DNA of 61,649 nt, filler included, from Bipalium vagum (taxonomy: Eukaryota): assembly GCA_037834085.1 (NCBI GenBank). It is 3 parts of 3 records of this genome, joined end to end, with 100 filler letters (N's around TTAATTAATTAA, not from the genome) between each part and the next. Parts side by side here need not be neighbours in the genome. Positions count along the whole stretch, not along the records: positions 19,619 to 40,226 come from JBBMKC010249493.1; 2 more parts are not named here. One strand, written 5' to 3'. Of the stretch, positions 26,762 through 38,718 are shown piece by piece (position 1 is the stretch's first letter; each line of letters opens with the position of its first letter). Both the position numbers and the translations under genes were made by a program. Under the pieces are notes generated by a model. It saw only the letters and a list, made by a program, of their open reading frames with translations, was not told the DNA's origin and made no database searches.

Positions 26762-27420
26762 TATTGGGTAGTCTAAAACGTTTCCGCCGATTTTGGTAAA
26801 ATGAAAAAGTTAGAAAAATAAAGTCGAATTGAAAATTTTATTAAATTACATAATGATAAGATTTTTCAATCAAATCAACAGTTCCACAATGTACTTATTT
26901 GAAGTTAGAATTATGTTCAGTTTCACCTTGAATGGATTTTGTATGAAATTGTATAAGAATCACCGAAAGAATTTAAGATACCAAGAATATTTTTGGAAGA
27001 AAATTTTTAAAATGTCACATTGTGTCTGATTGATGAAATATCTCCATTAGAGAACTTGTCGAAAATAGTTTGACATATCTAAGTAAAACATAATTTATAT
27101 AATGTAAGGAAACGGAGTGTGCAGAAATGAAATAATGAGACTTTCTAATCGAATCAATGTCAAGGAGAGATAAAGACAAAATATCTGATTTAATATCTTT
27201 ACTCTTCATGATTTCAAAATCACTTTCATAAACTTTAAAACTCTTTGGTGTGATAAAAATAATTCTGTTCTGAAAAAAATTTTCTTCTAATCCTCCGAGG
27301 AAGCTGAAAACTGGATCAAAGATTGGATGGCCACCAAAGATGGCGATTTCTTTTATCGAAGAATTATTCGGCTTCCTGAAAGTTGGGAGTGTTGTTATTA
27401 ACGATAGAATATATAGTTTG
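26762..27420 (+). mobile_element. Decayed mariner remnant
   Basis: TIR-like tattgggtagtctaaaacgtttccgccg; C-terminal WIKDWMATKDGDFFYRRIIRLPESWE. Confidence 0.55.
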
Positions 27421-27822
27421 AATAAATTATCTTTGTCATTATATGCTTACTATATATATTACTTAAAGAAACAATAAATAAATGAACAATATTGTAAAAA
27501 CGGTTCATTTTCAATGCATAAACCGAATATATTAATGAAAAACAGAGATTTACTATGTGTTGATGTACTCGGTGTCGTACTCGGTGATGTACTCGGTTGA
27601 TGCTCTTAAGAATTATCATTTCGTGTTGGTTTTATTAAAAGACTTCTACTAAGCAGATTAAACGATAGCCTTCTTTTAAAGATTATTAATATATGAACAA
27701 TCTTTGAGCTATAATTGTTTTTTTCCAAGGAAAGAATGACTAAAAGAATTCTTAAAAAGAAATTACAACATATTTAAATAAAATTTTAAAAATAGTGATC
27801 GTTTATTATTATATATTTATAG

Positions 27823-28047
27823 AAGTGACCTGTAAAAAACCTGACGACCTTGTACGTAATGCCTTTAAAGAACCTAATCAAGATAAAGACTATTATGAGC
27901 ACGGAGACGAAATTAATTATAAATGTGATCGAGGCTATGTTAATTATATGAATAAAAATCAAAAAACGGCTTCCATAGTTTGTCAGCAATCAAAAATTGA
28001 CAAGACAAAGGGCATATGGCAACCAGAATCATTGGAAATCTGTAAAC
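27823..28047 (+). CDS. Sushi/CCP domain exon 2 of receptor
   Basis: VTCKKP...YEHGDEINYKCDRGY...IVCQ...GIW...ICK; phase 1-1. Confidence 0.88.
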
Positions 28048-28773
28048 GTAAGTTTCATGTGTTTTTTGAAAAAGAGAAAAAATCCACATGGAATCCCAAT
28101 TTACAATGAAATCTAAAGTTGATAAATGAAAATAAAAAGGTTTTAAAAGGAAAATTTGATGGTAAAAACAAATTGAAATTTAATATTAAACCTTAAAAAT
28201 AATATAATATTTTACCACATTTCTTCAACACTGGAAGAATGAATACAAAAGAACTATTTTTACATTAAAATTAAATCTACACTATTTTGGATATTTTACC
28301 TGAAGACTATATTATGGGGTTAATAAAAGAATTTTATTTTAATTTTTACATTATTATTCTTATTTATATTTTATATTTTTTTATTTTTACAATGAAAGTT
28401 TTTGTTTGATTTTCTAATTGACTAAATGTTAACAAATTTGGAAATACTCTATATTTTATTATCATATCATAAAAAATTATAATAGGATAAATAATAAGAT
28501 TTGCGAATGAAGGATAATCAGCATTAGCGGTGTCTGTCATTTGGTATCCATGGTCGGTCTACATAGTAAGAAAAAACTTTACATAGCCGTTGGAAACAAA
28601 ATTTGAATTCAAATGGTGACTATTTTATTGAGTAAATGTTTTATGTTTGTTCATAATGCTGCTTTACTTTCATATCTATGGGCCGGATATTTAAAATGAA
28701 AATACCCAATAAAATATTATTGTAAAATATAAAATACGGCAATATTAAATTGTACTAAGATTAAAATAATGAT

Positions 28774-29107
28774 TGTGAGATAATTTGAAAATTAATCGGG
28801 GAAGAGAGCAGTCCGTGAGCATGTGAAAGGTTCCGGGTTCGAATCCCGGTATCTCAGATTAATTTTCAATTAACACGGAGACCACACCAGATAGAGATCT
28901 CGAAAGTGAATAAAAAAGGAAAAAGGAAAGAAAATGGAAGTAAAAGACTCGAGGTAGGTCGGGACTTGGATGTGAGTTTCAAAGGAGGGGGATGTAAGAT
29001 AAATTGAAAATTAATCGGGGATGTAACTCAGCAGTCAGAACAGTTCATGCACATGTGAAAAGAAATGGGTTCGAATCCCGGTATCTCCAATTAATTTTCA
29101 ACTAATA
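28774..29107 (+). mobile_element. TRIM-like non-autonomous LTR retrotransposon with tRNA-Ala-derived LTRs (LTRs 28774..28875 and 28993..29107)
   Basis: Two direct repeats starting TG and ending CA/TA; PBS-like cggagaccacaccag after the 5' LTR; PPT aaaggaggggga before the 3' LTR; flanks atgat/ctgat; 117-bp noncoding interior. Confidence 0.8.
29017..29089 (+). pseudogene. tRNA-Ala-derived sequence inside the 3' LTR (not a bona fide tRNA gene)
   Basis: 73 nt GGGGATGTAACTCAG...GGTTCGAATCCCGGTATCTCCA; acceptor stem has the G3:U70 alanine determinant; anticodon arm degenerate; 5' LTR copy reads ...AGCATGTGAAAGG like tRNA-Ala(AGC). Confidence 0.7.
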
Positions 29108-29237
29108 CTGATAATTATTTTAAATTTATTTACAATTATTTATTTTTAAATATTTCCTCTTGTATAAAAAATTTGAAAATAAAATTTTTTTAGTTTTTAC
29201 AAATAAAAAAAGATAAAATATTTATAATTATTTCTAG

Positions 29238-29522
29238 CTATAAAATGTAACTTGGAGGAATTGGAATTGTTAATGCCAAAGAAAGCTAAAATTTTAAAAG
29301 TGAGAAATAGGATAACCCAAAAGGAATACAATGTGGAGTTTCAAAAGAATCAATTCTCAAATTTTGACAATATCGTGGAAATTCAGTGCTATGATAAATT
29401 ATTTTTTTCGGATAGAAAAACTACGAAAAACTTTATTTGTGATTTAAAAAATCAATCAGAAATCGAAAGTAAGTGGGACGGGTACGGAGGAACATTATTA
29501 GATGTAAAACTTGAGTGCATAT
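29238..29522 (+). CDS. Divergent Sushi-like domain exon 3 of receptor
   Basis: IKC...VEIQCYDKLFF...FICD...SKW...LECI; phase 1-1, gtaagt donor. Confidence 0.8.
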
Positions 29523-29699
29523 GTAAGTTATTGTTTATGTATCAATAATAATTATAAAGATTCTTAGTTTAATTTTAATAAAAACGAAACATTTTCTTAA
29601 AATCCATTCAAGAATAGTCTCTAATATTGTCTTAATTATTTAACATTATTATGATACGTATAAATATGTTCAATATATCAGCCTGTGAGTTGGAAGTAT

Positions 29700-30790
29700 C
29701 GTTTTTTTAACAAGAACATTTATTATAAAAAAAATTAACACATATTAGTTCAAATGATATTCTTCGCCAGTATCAATTATCTGTCTAATGAATGGATACA
29801 TTTCTGCAAGAATTCGACATTAACATTTACGAATTAACTGATCCGGGGAATTGGCTGTCAAACTACCGTCATATACATTCTGCTTCAAATGACCTCAGAA
29901 AGTCTCAATTGGGCCTAATATAGGAGCACATGGATGATTGTTATTGGTATATTTTGGGCTTTCAACCAGGTCAATGTCTCCTTTGAATAATGGCATAAAG
30001 CAAGATCAGGCCAGAATAAAAAGTGAATAGTTGAGTATTTCTCATTAAGAAACGGTAAAAGATGCTTGCTTAAACACACTCTTTCATATAAATCTCAGAG
30101 TTCAGGGCTTCTGTGTTAGATTTTCCTATGCACAAACCAGAAACTCTTCTTTTGGTACTTTATTGTTGGCAAGAATATTCACATAGAAGCCAGAATTTTG
30201 GGCTCCTGCCAAAGTAAAATAACTTTCATCATCAAGCACTAAGTGCCTCTTTTTTTATTCATCACAATTCCAGACAGTAATCGCAAACGAAATTTCTGAC
30301 GGAGAATCTGTGATGCTGACACTTTTGGACCTTCTTTTCTTTTTCTATTATAATAAATACAACGCGGTTCTTTTTCAAATATTAAATTTTCGAGATAATT
30401 TCCTAACACTCAGATTTTCTGATGCTGGAGCACTCTTTAAAAGTCGTTGCTTCTTTTTTGTGGTCATTTTTAAAGCTTTGCTTTCAGTTCCCGGTTTTCT
30501 TTCTAAGTTCCCAGTCCTCTCTTAACGTTAAATGATGGAATATATTGCTCGTCTGCAAAAATAAAGCCCGGTAAGTTGTCACAGTTTCAGTTTTCGTATG
30601 ACTTTCCTAGTATTTTATTATATCTAGATGTCGAGTTGACATTTTTGGATTGCGCATAATACTGTTCTTCATTCAGATAAATAAAACGACTTCTTATTAT
30701 GATAATTAACATTGATATTCATATATACATCAAAACTTAAATAATTAAAAAAATTTTTTTTCTATGTTTATCAAAGTGGCCCGTAAAATA
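29700..30790 (-). mobile_element. Degenerate Tc1/mariner DD37E (TRT-like) transposon
   Basis: DDESYF, LFWPDLALCHYSKET and PILGPIETF-GHLKQNVY motifs. Confidence 0.7.
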
Positions 30791-31350
30791 TTGTGCACTT
30801 CTTTAAGAGACACGCATTACTTCCATCACTAACATTTAATGGTATGGAAAATTCTTGGCTTCAGACTCTTAGATTAATTTTAAGAGCTTTTCTTAAATCA
30901 TAGTTATTTATGCAGCTTGGTCTGTCGGAAAGAAATGCATCTTTGGCGTTTTCAAAACCTTCTAAAAATTTTTAAACAAATTTTGATCAGTTCTGTCAAT
31001 AACTAGATTGTCTCCGAACGCTGAAAAATCTTTTAACTTGCTTCAGTTTCATTTGAGCCAAATTTCTATTCATATAACAAACAATAGTGATTTGTGTCCT
31101 TGTCAGAAGACATTTCTGAGGATTCTAAAGATTAAAAACGATTAAATTACATATTTCAAAACAAACTTACTAGATAAATAATTCGTTTGAGTTGGTTAAA
31201 ACAAATAAGCAGCGGACTAACAATGTAATCCAAAAGTTGTAAATTACTAGGAAATAAGAATATTGAAAAACAGAAAGAACCTTTTTGGTTACCTATTAAT
31301 AAAATTTAATATGTAACACATTAAAAAATATTTATTAATCAAATTTTTAG

Positions 31351-31596
31351 CTGTTTCTTGCATGTATGAGGATGTGCGAAATGACATATGCGAAAACATA
31401 GAAAAGGTTTTTCAGCTTCTTAACTCCAAAAAGGAAATATCCAATATTTCCACCCACAAAGGAATGCTTTACAATTACACAAACGAGTTGACATTTTATT
31501 GTATCAATGATTACACAACAGGAAATCAAGAAAAGCATCAAACAATTGTTTGTGGAGGCGCAGGGGTCTGGATTCCGAAGTTGACATCTTGCATAA
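31351..31596 (+). CDS. Sushi/CCP domain exon 4 of receptor
   Basis: VSC...LTFYCINDY...IVCGGAGVWIPKLTSCI; phase 1-1. Confidence 0.82.
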
Positions 31597-31710
31597 GTGT
31601 GCTTTGTTACTTTGTCATTGTAGTGAAAAATATCATCTTAAGTATTACAGTTATTCATATTTAACAAACATTTTTTATTTTAAGATTAACTGTAAATTAT
31701 ATTCATTAAG

Positions 31711-31961
31711 AACAAACTGAAGCTGTCAATACTGGCTCGAAGAAGCATTACATACCTCCATCAAAAAATGCTGATAAGGCACAAGAAATTGGAGTGACCG
31801 TTATCATTATATTACTATTATTTCTTTCAATTATTATCATACTTGATTTTTCAAGAGTTGCTAAGGACTTCAAAATGTTGAAAAAGAATATCAAGATTTT
31901 AAAAAAATATCTTGATACTAAAAAGGAATTTGATGTTGAGAATTATCAAAAAGTTGAATAA
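31711..31961 (+). CDS. Terminal exon of receptor: transmembrane helix and short cytoplasmic tail
   Basis: IGVTVIIILLLFLSIIIILDFSRVAKDFKMLKKNI...VE*; AATAAA overlaps the stop. Confidence 0.8.
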
Positions 31962-32776
31962 AAATCTCTTGCATTTTATCTTTTATTGATTTAATTTCTC
32001 ATTGAAGATGTGTGAGAATTGTTTGTATTTTTAAGAATTTCTTGTTTAACTTTGTCCGAAATATTTTTTTGTAAATTTGAATTAAATAATATGGAAGTGC
32101 AAACATTGGGAAATTTATAAAAATATTTTTGTTTAATAATAATAATAATAACTGAATAAATGGAAAATGAGTAAATGATTCAACAAATGATTTTGAAATT
32201 CGATTGTTCCGTTTGATTAAAATTAAATTTGTTTATAATAATTACAAACATCAATGAACCGATTTCAATTTAGATTTTAAAATTAAAAAAAATTTTAAAA
32301 AAAGATTTTAATATTATACTGATATATTACGGTAATATTTTATACAATTTACAATCATAAATAAAGTTATTGTTAAAAATGCTTACATATAATATTTTTA
32401 AAAAATTTTGGCTCATCTTAAATATTGAGTAAATTTTTTTAAAAATTCTTAAAATTGATTTAAGTGAGAAAACTTAATAGTATTAAGTACACACATTATT
32501 TGAAGTTGCAAATTAATTTTGTTAAATTCACAAAATATTTTTATATTATTAATATAGTGTTTTTCAAAAGTAGTAGAGCGAACTTTGAACAATAATTTTA
32601 AAACTATATTACATTTTATAATAAATTTAAAAAGTGCTCTTTTCATTTTTAATGTAAAATTAAATAATATTAAAAAAAACATTGTTTAAGAAAATTAAAT
32701 TAAGGAAATAATATTTTTCCAATTACACAACTTTGGAGTATATAAAGACATACATTGAAGACAAAAGTATCAAAAT

Positions 32777-33007
32777 ATGAAGATTATTGTATTTTATGAA
32801 GATAAATCCTTCTCAATGGACGCTCATGAAAATGAGACAATTTCTCAGCTAAAAGAGAAACTAGGAAGTCAAGAAAACTTAAGTTTTGAACATTATCAAA
32901 TGTTGTTTGAGAAGAAAAAATTGGAAGAAAATAAAACTCTCCGATTTTATAAGATCAAATGTGAATCTGCATTTCTCCTGGTACCTTTTCTGAAAGGTGG
33001 ATATTAA
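32777..33007 (+). CDS. Divergent ubiquitin-like protein, copy 2
   Basis: 3 nt differences from copy 1; same TATA and polyA context. Confidence 0.88.
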   Translation: MKIIVFYEDKSFSMDAHENETISQLKEKLGSQENLSFEHYQMLFEKKKLEENKTLRFYKIKCESAFLLVPFLKGGY

Positions 33008-34510
33008 TGTAAATAAACTTTAGTTTATTAAGTCTCTCATATTTTTGATATTTATTTTATTAATCAGTTAACTGTTCAAATAATATTCAAAAAATATTTA
33101 GTGCTTTTTATATATTCAAAAAAACATGTGACAAAAATGCACTTTCTCCAGTCATTTAATTCGTTTACAATTTTTCGAAAAACGCAATTTTTCAGACAAT
33201 TAATTATAAAACTTATTTAAATAAACAAAGAAGCAACAGTTGATATATGAAATTATATATTTAAGGGAAATTTATATAATAAGTTAGTGTAATTAATGGA
33301 ATGATATAAAAAAGAACCAAATTTTGCACCAGCCTAATATATTAACTAATTAATATTACAAATAATTTGGCAAGATTTTCGAATTCAATTTTTAATCGAT
33401 TTTCTGTTTTTTTCTTTCAGCCGAAATAACAAACAAGAAGTCAGTTTTTTGACTTATCCCATTTATAATTTAATCTCATTTATCCTGTCATTGGATTATT
33501 GTTAATTATCTGAGAAAAATGTCTGCATTTTTAACGGTCTCACGAGTGCGATCAATTGATTATCATGAAATAACTTTTGGAATAACTTCTGAAAGGAAAC
33601 TACCACAAAAGAAAATACGAGGAATTTGCTGAGGGAAACATTTATTGTGGAAAATTCATTTCCAGAGATTTTAATAGAGCAGAAGTTAAACAAAAGGCAG
33701 ATGAGAGATTTACAACATTCAAAATTTGGGTCCATAACCTTTTATGCAACTTAATGGATTCTGGATTATTACAGGAAGAAATGATTTCAAATTTCCTCCT
33801 AAAAAGTACAAGGAGCAAAAGACTCAAAGAAGCACTTATGACGAAATATGATATTTAAGTTGAAGATATCAGATATTTACTAAAACTTTATGAGAATAGG
33901 AATCAAAGAAGTTCTAAAAAGTGAATGGTGCAAGTAAACACTAAGAGACACCTGAGTTACGCAAATATAGTTTAGGGTGGACAATATCAAAGATGACCAA
34001 AGCCTCTGAAAAACTGTACTCAAAACTAATCAAACCAGCATTATGGGATCATTATAGCAATTTGAATGGGAGAATCACCTGATGCTAAGAAACCGTGATC
34101 TCTAGGATGATAGACCGAGTAAACATGAGTGCTTTCTCTTGGTCGAAGAGATCATCCAGCATTCTCGATGAAACAAATTGCATGACGGCTCTATAATAGA
34201 TTTAGGGGTTTATTTACAACCTAAAGACGAACACCTAAGGTCAGGTCAGTGTTTTGTTGTGGTAGTGGGGAAAATTAAAGAATGTATGCTTAATAAATGG
34301 GAAGTACGGAAATCGTTTTCAGTTTTGCCTACTTCTGGAAGAGAGTGAAATTCTGATGGAGAATAATGGATAATGCTTTTTTAAAAAATCTTTTTATTCT
34401 TTCTTGGACTTGTCATGTATTATTTACAATTACTTAGGTATCAACTCAACAATAATATCTTTAAAAATATTAATAATATCCTGATCTATTATGGTATTAT
34501 TTTGGACGAA

Positions 34511-34680
34511 TTAAAGCTGACAGCCCCAAACCCGGTCAATTAAATCTCACCACCACTTTTTACAACCAACTAAATCTGACAACCCCGATAAATAACCAAT
34601 TTAATTTCACAACCCCGTTACGCACTCGCACTCAATTTAATCTCACAACCCCAAATTTTTGGACAAATTAACACAACACT
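34511..34680 (+). repeat. Subterminal ~27-bp repeat array of Merlin (left)
   Basis: Recurrent aatttaatctcacaacccc core. Confidence 0.8.
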
Positions 34681-35444
34681 GAAATATTAATATTTCATAA
34701 AGTAAATGAAAAAAATTAATTAAAACAGAGATTTATTAAATTTTAACAATAACAATATTTCATTAAATGAATTTTCTTTGAACAAGTCTAAGAATAAAAA
34801 TTCATTAATAAAATCTTCTCTTTTGTTTTCACCCATTCCTTGAATATCTTTTATTTTTCTTTTTAACTTGTTATTGTAGCTTTCTAAATTTTGTGTATAG
34901 ACGCCAGCATCTGGATCAACAAAATTGTATTTATGTACAACCGTATTATGTTTGTAGCCAGAATCTTTCTAACCCAAGACGTTGTAAGAATGGGCTTCAT
35001 CTGTATAAATCATTGATCCAAATTGAACCACCTTTTCTATAATAGGCAAAATTGTGACACTTCTTTTATCGGATATAATGTCGGTGTATCCTCTCGCTGG
35101 TTTAAAAGAAGTGTCAACAATGGTTAAAAAACAAGTTGCTGCAATTGGCGTTCTTCCTCTGTGAGCTTTGACATAGTGATTTATTTTTGTTTCATCATAT
35201 TGCACTGTCTGACCAGGGCCACCTAATCTTATGGGATTAGTTATCCATTATCTTTGATCTGTAAAATTATAAATTTTCTAAGTCTAGTGTAGACTGGGGC
35301 TGATAACTAGCATTCTTGTTTAATTTCAGTAAATTCAGAAATTCAAGAACCTGTTCTTATACTTAGACTGGATTTATATTTTCTACAGATATTGTTGTCG
35401 CCTCTCCATACAAAACCATCTGATGTCACTTTAAATGACATTGT

Positions 35445-35627
35445 CAATTTAACACAACCAGTTAAATCTCACAACCACTTTTTACAACCATCTAAATTTG
35501 ACAACCCCGATAAATAACCAATTTAATTTCACAACTCCATTAAACAACTAATTTAATCTCACAACCCCGTTATACAACCAATTTAATCTGACAACCTCAT
35601 GATGCTACCAGTTAAATCTCACAACAC
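35445..35627 (+). repeat. Subterminal ~27-bp repeat array of Merlin (right, same orientation as left)
   Basis: Recurrent ttaaatctcacaac core; shares a ~80-bp block with the left array. Confidence 0.8.
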
Positions 35628-35951
35628 TGGGGTTGTTAGATTTAATTCGTCCAAAATGTTTTTTAAAAATTTTAAAATTGATTTAAGTGAGAAAACTTAA
35701 TAATATTAAGCATAAATATATTAACATGCAAAAATGTTTTTGTTAAATAAACAAAAGAACATATATTTTTATATCATTACTATATTACATTTTATAATGT
35801 AATTTAAAAATTGCTCTTCATTTTTAATGTAAATTAAAATAAATATTAAGAAAACATTGTTTAAGAAAATTAAATTAAGGAAATAATATATTTCCGATTA
35901 CACAACTTTGGAGTATATAAAGACATACATTGAAGATAAAAGTATCAAAAT

Positions 35952-36182
35952 ATGAAGATTATTGTATTTTATGAAGATAAATCCTTCTCAATGAACGCTC
36001 ATGAAAATGAGACAATTTCTCAGCTAAAAGAGAAACTAGGAAGTCAAGAAAACTTAAGTTTTGAACATTATCAAATGTTGTTTGAGAAGAAAAAATTGGA
36101 AGAAAATAAAACTCTCCGATTTTATAAAATCAAATGTGAATCTGCATTTCTCCTGGTACCTTTTCTGAAAGGTGGATATTAA
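35952..36182 (+). CDS. Divergent ubiquitin-like protein, copy 3
   Basis: D15N plus one synonymous change versus copy 2; same promoter and polyA context. Confidence 0.88.
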   Translation: MKIIVFYEDKSFSMNAHENETISQLKEKLGSQENLSFEHYQMLFEKKKLEENKTLRFYKIKCESAFLLVPFLKGGY

Positions 36183-37689
36183 TGTAAATAAACTTTAGTT
36201 CACTGATTTTATTATCGTTTCGATATTTATTTTATTAATCAGTTAAGTTATTTTAATTTTATTTGTTACCAGAGCTAATAGATAATTTAAATAATATTTA
36301 AAATATGTTAAAATCTCCATATATTTAAATTGGAGATATCATTTTTAACTGCTTACTATTTTCTAATTTATGCCATAAGAGTTAGTTGTATCCATTTAAA
36401 ACAAAATTTCATTTTTCGTTTTAAATGGATGTGATTTTTGGGGATATTTTTGATACCTACGTATTTTTTGAAACTTTCTTTAGTAGCATTTGCTATGGTT
36501 TCTTAGCGATTGTAATATCTACGGAAATAAAAAGTTGTTTTTATAAGTCTTTATAGTTCTTTTCAAATCCCCTACCTGATCTTATGATATTCAACCAAAC
36601 TTGTTTTTTCCACAAAATATTAATAACTAATTTTCATACTTTACTAATCAATGTTCTCTTATTCTATTTACACTTCAATTATATATTTTAAAAATTCTTT
36701 TAATATTCCTTAAATTTTGCTTTTTAAAATGTGTAATTTAAGATTTTTATTTAATTATTAATTTTAAATTATGTAAGTCGCAAGCTTCACTGTTACAAGG
36801 GGGCTCACCAACTCCCTCGAAAGAAGTGTAAATAATAGAAATTTCACGAATAAACAATGCGATTAACAAAATAAGGTATATTTGTTATCACAAATGCAAG
36901 GTTAGAAATCTAATTTACAATCAATCAATATTCAAAATTACACACAATTATTTAATTAATAAAATACTTTCTTGACTTTAACGATAGTTGAAGAAGTCCT
37001 GGTATAAAAAATGACTATTCTGTCGCCCAGAGCGAAGCAGAATCGAATAAGTGAGAGAACAATAAAAAAGAATAAAGAGAATATTAAATTATTAATTATT
37101 TATTTATTTAAGTTTAACTCGATCGGTTAAACACTTGGAATTAATACAGATTCCTTACCTATTATTATCACCGGCGTCCTATGAGCTTTTCCGAACAGAT
37201 ATCAAATCGTATTCTAATTTTTAAGGGTAATTTGAATATGAAAACCTAGAGTTTATATACTCCTGTTTTCCACATTCTAGAGCTTCACGTGAGCTCTATT
37301 TTAACTTAATAAATATAAATTTATATGTGAATGATTTCTATTTTAGGTAAGTTTGTTTTCCTAATATTAGAATTAGAGTAAGTGGTTACTTTTTTTTAGT
37401 AACCCTACATTCAAATCATTTATTTATATTAAGTTACTTTGTTTTATAAATTTTGAAAATAATAATTTATCATGCTGGTTAATATTTTAATTAATATTTT
37501 AACTCCACTTTTTATATTTAATTTTACTTTTATTATATTTTAAAAGGATTATTATTTAATATGATTAAAATAATTTTATTATTCAAGTAATAATTTTAAT
37601 TAATGATGAATTTAATTTAACCGCCATTACTGTTTATCGATCCTTGAAGAAATAAAAATGATATCCCAAGGTTACTTAAATATCATCCA

Positions 37690-38204
37690 ATAATTATATT
37701 ACGTTAGGGAGACAAAAAGTAGACACACTTTCATAAAATTAAGAAGAAAATTGAAATCTTACTCTGAACAATTGTCAAAATCGACATCGAAGGGAAATAT
37801 TCATTGTAAAGTGTGTATGTTGGGACCAATGGGTGCATTGTGTTACGAGTTATTAAGAGTCACTGTTGAAGTTTAACAACAAATGATAGATTTTAGTGTA
37901 TCATTGAAAAATAGTGACCTAATTATGCAAAAAGGCACACGAAAAGACACGATGTAACCGGTCTCATGTTTCCTTGAAGTTTCGCAGCCGCATCTCAACA
38001 ATATGAAGAAATAAAAATAACTCAATAAATGTTTCTTTTCGAAAGACGAGTTTCTCCGTCAAGGACTTCAACAACTTCAGGTCAGATGAGAAAAAACAAT
38101 AGTAAACGATGGAAAATACTTCGATAAATGTACACTATACTGTTTTTTCATAATAAAGTGTCTTCGTAACAAAGAACAAACAGAATTAATATACATCCAA
38201 AATA
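37690..38204 (+). mobile_element. Decayed mariner remnant
   Basis: PKSTSKGNIH...YELL and NDGKYFD C-terminal motifs. Confidence 0.5.
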
Positions 38205-38718
38205 AATAATTATTTATCCGGTACTTTTATATTAAATGAATAAAAAACAATTACAGTACTAATTAAAATCATTGAAAATTAAAAAAATCTTTTCAATATT
38301 TTTGAATCAAAGCTATAAAAAATAAAAATTAATTAATAAAATAAATGAGTGAAGAAAATCTCTGAATAAATGAATGACAATTAGTTTTTTAAACTAAGTA
38401 ATTTGTGTTTTTAGGTTTTTAATCTAAAATAGAATTCAAATGTTTATTATTGTAATGATTGTAATAAATATTTTCAAAGAAAATTCATTAATTATTATTT
38501 GTTGGATTCTTAAGTCAATGTTGAGTGTCAGTGAGAAAATTGTAATAATAATAAACTAAATAATTTGATTAAATAATAATATAATAATTTTCTAATAATA
38601 CTATTCATGTTAAAAACTGCCAAATTCTTTGTTCAGAGTGAAAGATGCTTGAGTTAAACTGATTAATGATAAAAATATCGAAACGATAAGAGACTTAATG
38701 AAATAAGGTTTATTTACA

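Larger units (their letters stand above)
34504..35652 (-). mobile_element. Merlin (IS1016/ISXO2-like) DNA transposon, degenerate
   Basis: TIRs ggacgaattaaagctgacagcccca / tggggttgttagatttaattcgtcc (22/25 match); GGPGQTVQYDETK, IYTDE, HKYNFVDPDAGVYTQNLESY catalytic motifs with a premature stop. Confidence 0.88.

Noticed and set aside
27562-27602. 12-bp tandem repeat (gatgtactcggt x3)
   Set aside because: An isolated short minisatellite with no supporting structure.
29017-29089. Functional tRNA-Ala gene
   Set aside because: D-arm, anticodon arm and T-stem are degenerate, and the sequence is embedded in an LTR-like repeat.
33500-34400. Coding-like, less AT-rich stretch between UBL copies 2 and 3
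   Set aside because: Multiple stops and no recognisable motif; probably a decayed retroelement but unassignable by eye.
34511-35627. Repeat-spacer pattern resembling a CRISPR array
   Set aside because: Eukaryotic context, ~10-nt spacers, no cas genes, and the repeats are copies of the Merlin TIR core.
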